Shown: piece after piece, positions 1-14,330 of the stretch
Layout of the letters: each line of letters starts with the position of its first letter
Numbering within the stretch: position 1 is the stretch's first letter
NCBI GenBank assembly: GCA_012295275.1
Contig: CM022670.1
Coordinates: 6,324,001-6,388,000, forward strand
Source of the DNA: Chrysomallon squamiferum
Taxonomy: Eukaryota > Animalia > Mollusca
Length of the DNA stretch: 64,000 nt
Reading direction: 5' to 3'
Notes under the pieces: model-generated
Databases searched by the model: none
Told to the model about the DNA's origin: nothing
The model's input: only the letters and a program-made list of their open reading frames with translations
Program-made: the position numbers and the translations under genes

Positions 1-124
1 TCGTGTATTAAACATGATTCACCTAAAGCGAACAAGCAGCCATCATTTCTCCAGGGAAACGAATTTTTCTCCTGTTTCACTTACTGAACCCGACGTAAAT
101 TTCAACACAATGATTATAAGCCGA

Positions 125-345
125 AATTAATCATCAAGTACATTTTAACAAAACCTGTGCAAACCTAATTTAATCATCAAGTAAATGTTAACAAAACCTG
201 TGCAAACCTAATTTAATCATCAAGTAAATTTTTACAAAACCTGTGCAAACCTAATTTAATTATCAAGTAAATTTTAACAAAACCTGTGCAAACCTTTTTT
301 AATTATCAAGTAAATCTTAACAAAACCTGTGCAAACCTTTTTTAA
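125..345. repeat. 43-bp minisatellite, ~5 copies
   Basis: Unit aatttaatcatcaagtaaatgttaacaaaacctgtgcaaacct repeated head-to-tail with few substitutions. Confidence 0.95.
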
Positions 346-1717
346 TCACCTTGTAAACTTCGACGTAACTACTACAGATATAAATGATCAGTGTTCGAAT
401 TATTAAAAAAAAAATAAAAAATAAAAAATACTAACTCAAATGACAGCTCATCGACATTTAGGATATTTTCTGATTTAAATAAAATTATCATTAACACAAT
501 TTCACAGATTTGTTGTGTTTTTTCTCCTCCAAGAACTGCCAAAATAACAAGAACAGTTCTTTCACTTTTATATACAACTCCGTATTTGATTCATTTTTCA
601 AACTGTTTAAAGAAAAGTCCATCTAGTTAGAGGTGATATAATTACGTAGGCAAACATTTAATGCGAGCTGAAATAGAGAATGTTTAAGATAACAGTATTG
701 ACTGTATAAAATAACAGTATTTCGTGAGTGATGTAGTATCACACATCGTGTTGATTTTGATCTGTTTCAAACAGAAGTTTTAAGCGTTGACATAAAAACA
801 GTCTCAGTTTCAAAGTTTCTATGAATGCTAATCAGACCAGACTGTGAACAGAAAGTATGAACACGTGTAAACAATAAAACCCCACTGACGTTTGAAACGA
901 GCAAACATCTGTTAACACAACTGATTGGAACAGCGGGTAAACCAAAGATGAGACAGACGTGTTAAAAATAATCTATAATTCTCAGTCTCTTCATTTATAG
1001 CTTACATTACTCATTTATCTTAATACAATACAACAAAAGCAAAAAAATAAAAAAAAAAAATAAAAACCAAAAAAATAAAGAATAAAAACCAAAAAACCCC
1101 CCAAAACCAACCCCCTCAAAAAACCCACCTAAAATAAACTAAAATAAATAAGTAAAATAATAAATAAATAAATAAATAAATAAATAAAAAAAAAAAAAAA
1201 AAAAAAAAAAATCAAATCGATCTTCCTATTATAACATTTCTTGTAGAAAAAACTTAAGTTTACCATTCACGTACGACAGTTCTACGACCTAGCTGTAAGA
1301 TTCTCTCAATCTGTCACTGAAATACTCATGGGGAAGTGAAAAGACGAGTAATGAATCGTTTTAGAAAACGAGGAATTTTTATCGAACTCTAAACTGAGCT
1401 TGCTAGGAAAAGCCAACAACAAGCCGAGAACGTGACAAAATGCCGCCGTTATCGTGTGCTTAATTCGACATCATATTTACGTAATTTGCCGATCACTGCC
1501 GATCAACACCGAGAATTATTGATTTTTCACAAATGGGCAAACATTCATTAAGGCAATTTTCTAAGCTCTAAAATGACTGAGGCAAACCATCCAGTTCTGT
1601 TATCTAGTGTTGTGATTTTTGCAGAGAAAGAAAAAACAAAGATAAAACAGAGAGAGAATGAAAACATAAGAAAAAAAGCGACTGACGTATACAGGAAGAA
1701 AGCCAGATAGATATGAA

Positions 1718-1862
<145 letters not shown>

Positions 1863-2507
1863 GAGAGACAGCCTGAAGGATCCAGTACTATTACATCACT
1901 AATCTAAAACTGATTAGATAAAAATAACACAGTAAATATGTGATTTATTGCTTGATGTTTTATCTTTGTTACTTGCTATTTTCATGTCTTTACATGTGTT
2001 TTTGTTTTACCACATTCTCTGAGTATACTGCTAGATAACACAATCACACTGCTACTTGCATTTCAATCAATCAACAACCTGAAACATATTTATCAAGTAC
2101 GTTTGTTATGGGCACACACGAGAATAACCAGGATGGTCTGCAAGCATTGTTAATGTGTTAGTATGTTAGAAAAAAAGAAAGGATGGTACATCTCCTTTCC
2201 TGTACTTTAAATAGTTCTAGGGAGAAACAGCATGCGATCCTTGAACCTACAGTTCTATATGTTTTAAAACATAGTGCACTGAGAATTGTTAGTTAAAAAC
2301 GTTTCTGTAACTGAACATCTAACACAGATTCTGTTTGCCTTGTTTCTGTTTGTGTTTTCTCACTTCGAGCTCTAAATCAGCGAGTTTATGATGTGAAGCA
2401 AAAGCTCGTGTTGGTCTGGAATTCCTACAGAAATTCGATACTGCTTCAAACTGCTGGATTGAGATGACCGATGGTCAGACGGCTTACTAGCCAGCAGTTC
2501 CTACCCG

Positions 2508-2524
2508 TGACCTCTGTTTGACCT
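2508..2524 (-). promoter_or_regulatory. Perfect DR5 nuclear-receptor element with overlapping ROR/Rev-erb-type half-site
   Basis: TGACCT-CTGTT-TGACCT (minus strand AGGTCA N5 AGGTCA); the upstream half-site reads AACTAGGTCA on the minus strand. Confidence 0.45.
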
Positions 2525-2572
2525 AGTTCACTGCAAAGCATTTTCAGCTGAGCATGAAGAATAGATAAAAAG

Positions 2573-2835
2573 TCTGTAATGAGTATAGCGTGACTGGTCA
2601 CTTCGGGAGTGGAGGGGGGTTTGTGTTCTTTGACAAGACAGAAAAACTGGCTCAGGTTTTGGATTTTACAAGATTAAGCTGGGAGATAATAAATACAAAT
2701 CAGCGGTTCTGGACATCCCAAAACAAATAATTCTGTAATCAGTATATCATGGCTGGTCACTAGAGGGTATAGGTGAGGGGGGGGTTGATGTTGTTAGACG
2801 TCTTGAACGACTGGGTTAAGCTTGGATCTTACAGA
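2573..2835. repeat. Diverged ~160-bp-period duplication, 2 copies
   Basis: tctgtaatgagtatagcgtgactggtcact...ttggattttaca at 2573 recurs as tctgtaatcagtatatcatggctggtcact...ttggatcttaca at 2732. Confidence 0.75.
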
Positions 2836-3299
2836 CGGTAAAGGAAATTACAGTTAAGAAGATGTATATGGAAAACAGAATCATCTGTCTTAATGTGCCA
2901 GTGTATGGTAATGAGCGACTTGTCCTATCAACGCTGTATAGTATCTGAATAGTTAAATTAGCTAAAGGCACATTGTTTTATTACTTTGTTTTGTACTGAG
3001 TTCTTGTTTGTTTTTGTGTGTTTTTTCGGCTTATTTACATGCTTTAAATCTCACACACGAAAATACAACGATTAACTGAAAATACAAACAGTAATAATAA
3101 CAGAATAGCTACTTTGAAATTTCAGTATTGAAGCTAGGCATAATCCAAAACAAGACAAATATCAAACAAAATCCTCCATATATTGGTAACCGATCTAGTT
3201 TAAAACGTAACTGATGTCATTTCTGTTTAATATTCATACAACGTGTCATTTTATGTCTTTCACAGTACAACCGTATCATTGCAGTCTAACTGAGGGTTA

Positions 3300-3773
3300 A
3301 TAAAAAGTGTTCTCTAAATACAAGCTGTCCTTCTATTAAGATATGGCTGATTTCTGTTTAAAGCAATATTCGAAACGCTGTCCTGTCTAAGGAAGTTGCC
3401 TTTTTGCCACCAAAAAAATAATACTATATCTTCCTAAAGAATACTTAATAAATGGTGCTAACTATAAAGACTGCCTTTGTATCAAGATTAAGCTGATGAC
3501 ATTTCTGCCTTCAGCAATGTTAAAAAAACAACAACAAAAAAACAACAACACAATGTCCTGTCTATAGAGGTTTCTCGTTGTATCAAGATTCAGTTGATTT
3601 CATTTCTGCCTGCAGCAGAGTTTAAAAAGTGTGCTGTCTATAGAGGTTGCCCGTTGTTTCAAGATTCATTTGAGTTAATTTCTGTCTACGACAGTGTTAA
3701 AAAAGTGTCCTGTCTGTAGAGGTTGTCCGTTGTATCAAGATTCATTTGATTTCGTTTCTGCCTGCAGCAGAGT
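3300..3773. repeat. Degenerate ~76-bp tandem repeat, ~6 copies
   Basis: tgtcctgtctatagaggtt...tcaagattca...tttctgcctgcagcagagtt at 3554, 3630 and 3706 (period 76); more diverged copies near 3307, 3378 and 3455. Confidence 0.85.
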
Positions 3774-4157
3774 TAATATAAATTAGTTTACAACTCGTTT
3801 AATACTGTTTCTATGTGGAGGGAAATTCTCGCTATTTGAAGATCTTTGCCAAGTCAGACTGAAAAATTCCTGCAACTCCCAGAGAATGAGATTATCACAA
3901 GTAATCCCCACAGGCCATACAATTAGCAGAGGTATGAAACGTTCATCACCATGACAACCAGCAGGTCACCTGTCTGTTCGTACATGAGTCTGCATAACTT
4001 GTCTTTGTTTATATATAGATAATAATACAACCGTTGTTAGCAGTACCCTTTTTATACACAGAAACCAGAAAAAAAAATAGACTATCATTATTGTTTCTCT
4101 GTTTATAGAGAAACGCAGTCATATTGCAACACGTGTGTGTATGTGTGTGTGGGTGTG

Positions 4158-4276
<119 letters not shown>

Positions 4277-4502
4277 GTTTATTACAGTTAATTATAGTAG
4301 CCCCACTCTTCAGCTATACATAAAACATTAACTCTTTTCTTTAAGATAGAATCAGTAAGTCGTAAGAATAGCTACACATCCAAAATCTAAAAAAACTGTC
4401 AATATCAACCTTCACAAACTGAAATAATATTTAAATTATATATAAATAACTATATCAATAAATGTCACAGACACATATTCATAAACACATCTTTTAAACG
4501 TT

Positions 4503-4539
<37 letters not shown>

Positions 4540-6038
4540 AACTAACATACATAAATCAAGACGTTAATAACATATTTAATTAAATCAGGTAGCAGATATT
4601 CTGAAGGCTGAAACAAGAGTCTGTTATAAACTACTTGTCTGGGGTATTCAAAGTGGAGAGATAGCACGTGTAATCCAGCCACTGTATACAAGCTGTAACA
4701 GATGGCAAGTCTGAAATGATAGATGTACGTGTAGAAAAAATACACACACGTTTACAACTTGCACACAAAGCTGAGCACAGTGAGCCAAGGCTGAGATGAG
4801 TAACCAGGAAGAGAAGTGGGCGTGACTCGGTGAAATACGTATTGAAAGTGTCTAAGTTAACTGCAGAGATAATACTTGAGTGAAAAAATGTAGATAAAAA
4901 CGTTTATTTCACAATGGCTTATGAATGAATGGCTTGCGTATATAAAAATACAACGTACACAAATACATTTAATTATTCTAATATATATTATGTATATAAA
5001 TACAAAACTACAAACATATACATACATACATACATACACACACACATACACACATACATACACACATACATACACACATACATACGTACATACATACATT
5101 CATACTTTCACACATTCATACATACAAACATACATATATATACAAATATACGTAAATACATACATACATACATACATACAAGTATCTAACCAAATACATA
5201 CATATACATGCATATAGATATACTTACACATACTACCTACATATATATACACAAATACATTCATACACATACACACGCACAAACATATACCGATATCTTC
5301 AGAAGTTGTAAATTTAGTCAAAAAATAAAAATAGAAATAATAATCAATCCTCAGTGCTGAATAGAAGCTAAAACAATTTTCACTCAACACGTGTAAAAAC
5401 ATTTCACTTGTAAAGAAACAAAGAACAGTTATATGACTGACGTTTCCGTCAATGCAGCCAGGTAATCATTATGAAAAATAAAGGTAATTAACAAGTAATT
5501 AACAACTCAAAGTGACAGATAATGGTCTGGCAACGAGGTGGTAAGGAGGACATTAACAAAACACTGAAGTGAGGAAGGATAAAAGAAATAAAGCTACAAA
5601 CATGAATGCACAGTAAACTGATGTCAGATCTGTTTTACAGACTTCGTTCGATAAATGACCAGTCTCAAGCAGAGTGGGATCGATTCTCGACAACGACTCG
5701 AACATTTAAACAAAGGAGACGCGACGTGTTTTGGTTCAGCGATTAGTTTGTAAGTAACTCAATAATAAAATAAAATGTTCAGAGCTGAAAACAGGTTACG
5801 AAGAACCTTTCTGGTTAATAAAGATAAAATAAAAAAATAAAAATAAATATATAAACACATATATTTATATATAATATTTAAAAAATAAATAAAAAAATAA
5901 AAAAAATAAAAAATTATTCTTAAAAGAACAGTAAATGTAACCAAACTCAAAAGCTTTTTTTCGTAAAAAAAATGTATTTAAATAATACGACAACGTTCCT
6001 GAAACTTCTAAACTGTGTTCTGTGTTGGTTTTTATTAC

Positions 6039-6075
<37 letters not shown>

Positions 6076-6752
6076 TTTTTTTTTTTTGATAACATCCTTT
6101 CTTTTTTCCTGTTTAAAACATCTGACAAACATTACAGTAACGAACATTTCAGCTGAAATCGTTTTCAAGGAAGTAACATTAACAATCACTGAATATATGT
6201 TTTTAAAATAAATTCCTCCTTTGAATAATGCAGCAATCACGATCTTCCTATTGAACGCCGTGTGCAAAAATACACATTTATCTTTGTTGTTTTTTTAAAC
6301 AGTAGAATAATTATTTTATTTCCTTTGTATTGTTGTTTTAGTTATTGTTATTTTTTTAAGTTAAAAAAGTACTTCACTGAATACATTGTATTAAGAGACT
6401 AACAGATACGTACATGATAAGCATAAATTAACATCTTCATTGAAAAAAGGAAACAGATGTCCCCGGGTTGTCCTGACAACGCCTCTGTTAACAATACACA
6501 AGTTTGACATTGTTCCTCTACCCGCGTTTTTAAAATCAAAGAAAACTATTGTTTGAAAGTAAACATGAAATGCAAAAAAATTAGTTGTGCAATATTTTTT
6601 CCCTGTCGAGTAACTGACCGAACATTATTTTATTCTTTATCATTCCTACTGCAACAACAACAATGGCAGCAGCAAGAACAACAACAACTACTACTACTAC
6701 TACTATTATCATCATAATCATCATCGTGATCATCATCATCATCATAATTATA

Positions 6753-6789
<37 letters not shown>

Positions 6790-8263
6790 TATTATTATTA
6801 TTATTATTATTATTATTTGTTTGATAAATAACCTATGGATCAAGAAAAAAAAAAATTCATTTCGATCACGGTTCAGAATACATCTACAAAAAATATTAAT
6901 GATAAAATATATCTAAATAACAGTTGACTAATTATAGAAAAAAAAAATAATGAATGTGTTCTAGTGGAGGTATTAAAAAAAAAAAAAAAAATACGATTAA
7001 CTTCCAGTAACTGATGACAGAAGATTAATTAATAAAAGTGTACGATCAGAGATGTCGTTAAACAAAAACGAAATTTAAAGCTTTACAGAAACGACTGAAT
7101 TAAGTCTAATGTTTAAACCGAAGTGTCCCTGGTGAGGGCGTGTCTCTCTATAGCACGGAACTTCAGTTTGTGAAGCGTTCTCTGAAACCTAATACACACT
7201 TTTTTTTCTTCTCTCTATAAACCGTCTTCAGCTCTGAATGAGAAAAACAGGAAGATAAATTTACCAAAAAAAAAAACTGAGTCTCCTCTGAGAGGGTTTG
7301 CCCCGAGAATAGCATAACAACAGCTGTGAAAAAAACCCAAAACAAGAATTACTTTAACCTTTTATCAGTTTTTTTTAAAAAACGAGTGCTTCCTGCTATT
7401 TGATTTATTTTCTTTTTTTCTTTTCGATTTTATTTTTTGAAATATTGTAAAATAAAACCAGTATAAAACCTACAAATATTTATTTATTTTCCCTATATAT
7501 ATATATTTTTGAAAACATGAAAAAAAGAACTTACAAATATATAACCTTTTTCAAAACGATAGAAAAAAATAAACACAATCTGAAACAAATGTCAAACGAT
7601 TTGAGGAAACAGAACGATATTTATATAACATAAATATTAAATTACGTAATATGTTTGTAAAGGCATTTTAACAAAATTTACAAACGTTTTAGAAAAGAAG
7701 TCAGTGATGCTGATGAAATGAAAACGAGGGAAAAAACGAAAACGATTATGATAAGAAAGAAACGTTCCAACACATTTTGTATCAATATAATTATGTGTTA
7801 TTTTTAAATATAACCCAATGGATGACTATGAATAAAGCCTTTGTCGTATATTACTGTACAGTATCATACAGCCACGATACATAATAATTACATTAACAGT
7901 GTTTATAAATATAATCATTACTTAAATGACTAAACCTCTGAAACGAACATAATGAGTCTTAACAAAAATGAAAAAAAAATTATATATCCATTGAAATCAA
8001 CAGACAGTTAGAAATTGTGTTAAATGAAATCAGGAGCCCAACGAACTAGATAATGTGTTAAAGTGGACGCATCACAGAATTCGATAAACCACAGAAATTA
8101 ACAGTCAGCAGAATCCTGCAGAGATGAAGAAGTTGACCGTCATCTGAAGTTGAAAAGTCCTCTGGAAATCGACACTTTTGTTAATCGAGTGATAAGTGAA
8201 GTCGACATTTGTAAAAAGAGTTTTGGTAATGGACTGACTTTCCGTGGAAATCAGCAGTCCTTG

Positions 8264-8500
8264 AGATATCCAAGTTCTCTGAAATCGGCGGTTCAAGGAT
8301 ATCGACAAGTTCTCTGAAATCGGCGGTTCAAGGATATCGACAAGTTCTCTGAAATCGGCGGTACAAGGATATCGACAAGTTCTCTGAAATCGGCGGTACA
8401 AGGATATCGACAAGTTCTCTGAAATCGGCGGTTCAAGGATATCGACAAGTTCTCTGAAATCGGCGGTACAAGGATATCGACAAGTTCTCTGAAATCGGCA
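8264..8500. repeat. 35-bp minisatellite, 6 full copies plus partials
   Basis: Unit gaaatcggcggt(t/a)caaggatatcgacaagttctct starting at 8281, 8316, 8351, 8386, 8421, 8456; a single variable position. Confidence 0.97.
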
Positions 8501-8925
8501 GTCCGCTGACACTTGTGTACAGTTTTTGAAAGCTGTGGTTTGACACTTGGCCAAGTTGTACATGTTGTATTATTATTATACTCGACACGAATAGATCAGA
8601 AAACAAGAAGAAAAGAAATCGGCGTAAACATTTTTTCTTTGTCCACTGAATGAAAAGATCGGACGCAGAAAGGTTATGAATAAATGACGGGCCGATGGAC
8701 TGAGCAGTGGAATCGATAATCCACACTTCTCACATACAAAAGATTGCTGCTGCACATGACACTAATCCGTGAGCTATTAAGATAATCCTTTCTTGTGAGT
8801 TACTGTATAATACGCTGTGGATTGCTAAAGTGACCCATATTTCTCTGTTTACATCTCACTGAATATTATATTTCATTATCAGAAATTACTTAATTGTTTA
8901 TTTAATATTGCATCAGTATTATAAT

Positions 8926-9030
<105 letters not shown>

Positions 9031-9617
9031 TATCCTACTTAAATTACAAATGATAATATTCTAAATGGTCATCGGTCACTCGATGCCCTGATGACCACTT
9101 TACTTGAAATGTTAACACAATCACACTCATTTGTTTTAGTTATCCGTTTCCTAAGTGGCACATTTGTATTCGGCTGATTTTGAACATTCACCAGTCTCGT
9201 GATATTTGTTATTAAATTATAGAAAGAGAATGAGTTCTCAAAAGAAAACAGAATTTTTAAACAGTTTTCGTTTCATGTTGTTCGTTAATTATAAATATTT
9301 GCAACAGTTTTTTGAAAAACGATACCTTTTTCTGTTTTAATGAAAGTATTAATTTCGTTTGAATGGACATTAATAACTGACTGTAACTCATGGATTGTTA
9401 TATTATTATTATTATTGTTGTTGTTGATGTTAATGATATTTCTAAATATACATAATAAATAACTGTCCCAGCATTGAAATTCTGGTTAAAACGTTGTTGC
9501 TGTTATTGATATTTCTAAACACATATAAATAAGTGTCCCAGTACTGAAGTTCTGGTTAAAACGTAGTCAGTCTGTGTGTGTTGTAATCTCGTGATATCAG
9601 CGACTCCCCGGACTCAC

Positions 9618-9656
9618 CACGCTAATGCTTTCCTCACGTTTCCAGTCTGTCTTCAT
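9618..9656 (-). CDS. Weak candidate alternative first exon (MKTDWKREESISV)
   Basis: caaATG in a GC-richer island; donor GTG|gtgagt after 9618 (phase 0) or C|gtgagg after 9638 (phase 1, MKTDWK). Confidence 0.3.
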
Positions 9657-9770
9657 TTGGCAGACTTCAAACCGCTACCATCTGCTGATAATTTTGGTCA
9701 GCGTAAAGTGAGACCGGCGATACGCCCCAGCGACAACCCTGGCTCAGACCAGCAGAGCAGGACCTCAGTT

Positions 9771-9965
9771 AGGGGAGGTTTCAGGATCAGGAATTCGTTA
9801 AAAAAAATTGGGGAAGGGCAAATCCAATGATTCACAAATAATACTCATCTCTGTTGTCTGGTTATGTTTCAAGACAGAATATGTTAAATTTATAACCAAA
9901 GATAATGGCTGGCGAAAATAGGGGAGGGGTGCTGAAAAGCACCCCCCCCCCTGGATCCGCTCGTG
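9771..9965. mobile_element. Degenerate short MITE-like element
   Basis: Right end C-run plus CTGGATCCGC; left end AGGGGAGGTTTCAGG matches its reverse complement at about 10 of 15 positions. Confidence 0.4.
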
Positions 9966-10291
9966 GTTGTTGGCTTCTGAAATCTCTACAGATGCTGTTT
10001 GCATTAGGTGCAGGTTTTTACGACAAATATGCCAAACAGGACGGAAGGAATCTTGAGAAATACATCTACACTTCGCGCCAAATATTTACACGAACAATTA
10101 AATACATCCCGAACAAACCTAACACTTGTTTTCCTTTACAGGATCCTGCATTCATCCCATAATTAATGTTGATCTTTGTCATTTCATAACAGAGTTTTGA
10201 TGTGATGATAACTTTCAGTTGTAAATCTCTGAATGAACTGGTCAGTGAGCAGTTTAGAACTTCTAATAACGGAGTTATCTATAATCGTATG

Positions 10292-10361
<70 letters not shown>

Positions 10362-11741
10362 GCATATCCATACCGACACACAATGAAAAAAAAAAGCAAA
10401 TAAATTACATTAGCACATTCACATATACGTAAATACAAAAGAACACACAAATACATTCGCTGAAATGAACGTAAAAACATAGCAAACAACCGACAGACAT
10501 ATTCACACAAAATCCTCTACAGCTGAAATTGAACCAAAAACCTAATAAAATCACCAAGATAAAAATATTTAAAACAGTAGCAAATTTGAAACTGAATTAT
10601 GTAAATAAAAATAAATAAATACATTTTTTTTTTTTTTTTAAAGCAGACATCAGAACACAAACTGTATCTAGAAAAATATTCCTACTGGAAAACACACTAT
10701 AAAACAACAAAATAAAAAAAAACCAAAACAAATTGTAACTGGAGCATAAATTGTATACAAATGTTCTAACGTGTATAAAAATTATTTTATTGAAATATTA
10801 ACTGCATAAAATGCTCATGCTAGAACAGGACCTGAATAAAAAGTTATCTAACTGGAAGATAAACAGTATAGAAAATTGTTCTTATTACAAGACAAATTGC
10901 ACACAACTATCATATTGATCTGGATGGTGGGAATTTCCCTAAAGCGCCATCTATCACTAGAATTTGATTTCTTCTTAGATTGTATGTGAATTCGTGCTGC
11001 AGTCAGATGTGTTCTCTACAATAAAATTAGTCTGAATGTTGTACTAACACAACAGACAGTAATCTGATATTAACTTACTGTGTTAGATAGTATGGATTTG
11101 TAGTCATTGCTAGTTACAAGAAGAAGAAAAAACAACAAAGATTGATGCAAGAAAAAAAGAAAGAAGGAAAGAAAGAGGAAGAATGAGGACAAAGTGATAA
11201 AGTTATTATTTAGAAAATTAAAAACGTAAGTATGAAGATTTAGATTTTTTTCAGGGAAAACACAGAGAGAAAGCGAGTTTATTTTTTTAGTTTTTAAACT
11301 GTGATAGACGTATCGGAATATTCAATCATTATAAACAAACAGTCGTGTTTTTTTTTACATCTCTCTCTCTCTCTAAGGAGTTATTTTCTCTACAGTTAGT
11401 CATATCATAAATATCAGGAAAAACAATCTTTTTCTCAGAAACACTCAATAGGTTAAGACAAATAAAATAAAATGAAACAAATAATAAAAATTAAACCCTG
11501 ACAGTTATCTACAGAAGATAAATTTACACAAGTATGTAACATTAACAATAATGAACACTATTCGTTTTGGCTAATTACTAACAAAAAAAAAAAAAAAAAA
11601 AAAAAAAACGCGCTGAAACGTATCGTAATAAACCACAACTCGAGGCATCAAACAGTACGAGAATAATAAAACGCGTACAGACATAACATAATATACGAAA
11701 AGAGCAGATTTCCATTGGCTGTTTAGAGAACTGAAACCAAC

Positions 11742-11880
11742 CTTGTTCTTCTTCTGGAGTTTGTGGTTTCTCAACGCTGTTATCCTCGAGTTTGTGATCG
11801 AGATTAATATTCTCAGTCTCATCGACCACTATGGGTGCGTTGATATTCACTTCGTTCTGCGGTTCTGTGCCGTCATCCAT
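11742..11880 (-). CDS. Candidate alternative first coding exon, acidic 46-aa N-terminus
   Basis: gacATGG start; MDDGTEPQNEVNINAPIVVDETENINLDHKLEDNSVEKPQTPEEEQ then CAAG|gttggt donor, phase 1; CpG-rich upstream region with GTCACGTGAT at 12059-12068. Confidence 0.65.
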
Positions 11881-12631
11881 GTCGAGCACGACGTATCCTT
11901 TGTGACAGAGCGAAACACAGCCTAGCTATAATACTTCCTCTACGAGGCTTCACAACAGGTTCCGCGAAAATCCAAGCGAACACAAACGACTGGGTTAGTG
12001 GCCACCAAGCAGAGCCAAGTGTATCGTGCGCTCCACGTGCCCCGCTGTAAACATCCGTGTCACGTGATTAAGTCAATATTTTAGCAGACGTGCACTGGCG
12101 AGAGTTTTAATGTAGATTACCTAAAGACGCTGACCGCCGTCGCAGATCACAATGACAACATTGTGCAACAACGTATCAGAACAACGACGTAGAACAGTCT
12201 GTGGCAGACGAGAGTGGGTCAGTCAACAAGTAACAGACGCTAACGGCAGCCATGTTAAAGCAGCAGAACTGATACAACCGATGTTTGAACCGTAAGACAC
12301 GCACTGTTCAATAACAACTGTAACCAACGATTTTCTCGACGCATCAGCTCTTCTTTGCTGACGTCATCTTACAGTTTAACAAATCAAAACAGCTGTTGTA
12401 GGTAATAAACCCAGTATTCTACACACACGTGTTACTTACACTGCAGTAGTTGGAAACAACATTTACAAATAACAGATAATATATAATACTCTAAAAATAC
12501 AAATCGATATATAATATTACACAAAACACCCACATAAATTAAATAGAAATAGAAATAATACTGTAAAAATAAAAATTAATATAGTATGATAATATAAATT
12601 ATTATTGTCGTGTCAACACAAGTAATAATTT

Positions 12632-12711
<80 letters not shown>

Positions 12712-13299
12712 AATAATAATGATAAATAAATAAATAAATTTAAAAACATTCTGACATTTTAGGCAATGTATATTCACACACACCTTTACTCCAGAACCTA
12801 CAATTTAAAAATTCTTTTTTACTAAACCCCGTATACCCCGGACACCCCTGCAATCCACCACTGACTGAACTGTCTGCTGTTGACACGAAGTTGCGTGTTC
12901 AGAAGGAATAACGTGCGTGTTTTACACTTTGTGTTTAGCGAGCTCTGTAATGTGTCTGATAAACATCTCTCGCGTCAAGTCGTCAGTTAGAGTTTTTGTT
13001 GTCTTATTTACTGGTTCACCAGCCAGACACTGATATGTAAGTTTTTATTTCTTCTTTTAATCAGTTTCCGAGACGATTAACGATGTGACAGACACACCGA
13101 GATAACAAGCATAGATAATATATGTCAGGACATTCTTTATAGTTATATACATATGCACATGCCTATTCACGTACCTGTATACTATTGCATGCATAAGTTT
13201 AAAAAAAACATACATATATACAAACATATACACACAAACATACTTACAGACACAGGTAGACAGAGATAATCAGGGATGCACGTATACAAAACAATCCTG

Positions 13300-13336
<37 letters not shown>

Positions 13337-13337
13337 G

Positions 13338-13371
<34 letters not shown>

Positions 13372-13474
13372 CAGATAGATAGATAGATAGATAGATATGC
13401 TTGCACAACATACATACAAATATTTATACTTGTATGAGAAAATATTCTAAAATTTATACATTAGGAATTAATTA

Positions 13475-13543
<69 letters not shown>

Positions 13544-13969
13544 GAAAAGAAACATTTCAACAGTAAGTTTGTTAATACATGATAAGAAACTGTTTTTCAA
13601 TGAGATGAGAAAACTCGAGTTTTTGTGATGTAGACAGGTCTGTTTATTTGACTGACAGGAAAACACGGACAACATTCAACTATGTCATGTGTTATATCAA
13701 AAAACACCTGAGTGATGTACTGGTGAAAATTGATCCAGAAACCTAGAACAGCTCAAATTACTGTCCCCTGATTGTCCGTGTGTAAAAATATTTCAGTAAA
13801 TATCTACCACGTACACACACTTAGGCGAGAAATTCCCACCGCCTGTTGTAATTAACTCAGAGTTACCTCCCCTGTCTTGTTGCATTCCAAGTCGCCGGAC
13901 GAGCAAACCAATTAACATGTTTGTATCTGTAATCATCACCTGCGTTCAGCGGACAGGTAAATCACTTAC

Positions 13970-14005
13970 CTGTCTCACTCACTTTGTGTCTAGTTAACTG
14001 TGTAC
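13970..14005 (-). other. Candidate non-coding 5' exon
   Basis: Consensus donor CAG|gtaagt after 13970; two CACGTG E-boxes and TATTTAA upstream; no ATG; the 5' boundary is approximate. Confidence 0.35.
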
Positions 14006-14284
14006 CACGTGACGCTTTTACACGTGATTAAATAGTTAAATATGAAAGCCCGTGCAGCGTGTGTATCCTAGTTACCCGTATTTTACGTACAAAAATAATG
14101 ATAAACAGTACAGCGACTGGGACAATGCTAATAACATGCTAATAACATTCAGTAGTAAAAATATCACGACTTTTGAAGATAACAAAGCACACTAAGTTAT
14201 GTGCAGCTTTTGTTTTTGTTTATATAGATCTGCTTTTTATTTTTTATATAAAACAAAATCCAAAAATGAAATTTACCTATCTAT

Positions 14285-14330
<46 letters not shown>

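Noticed and set aside
7122-7181. Possible shared phase-1 internal exon on the minus strand
   Set aside because: Frame is open but the donor is weak and the region resembles a repeat remnant.
8264-8500. 35-bp repeat as a CRISPR array
   Set aside because: Units are head-to-tail without unique spacers; eukaryotic context with no cas genes.
11578-11741. Hydrophobic C-terminal continuation of ORF 11578..11889
   Set aside because: Runs into poly-T; better explained as intron after the AG|gttggt donor. A weaker phase-1 donor after 11679 cannot be excluded.
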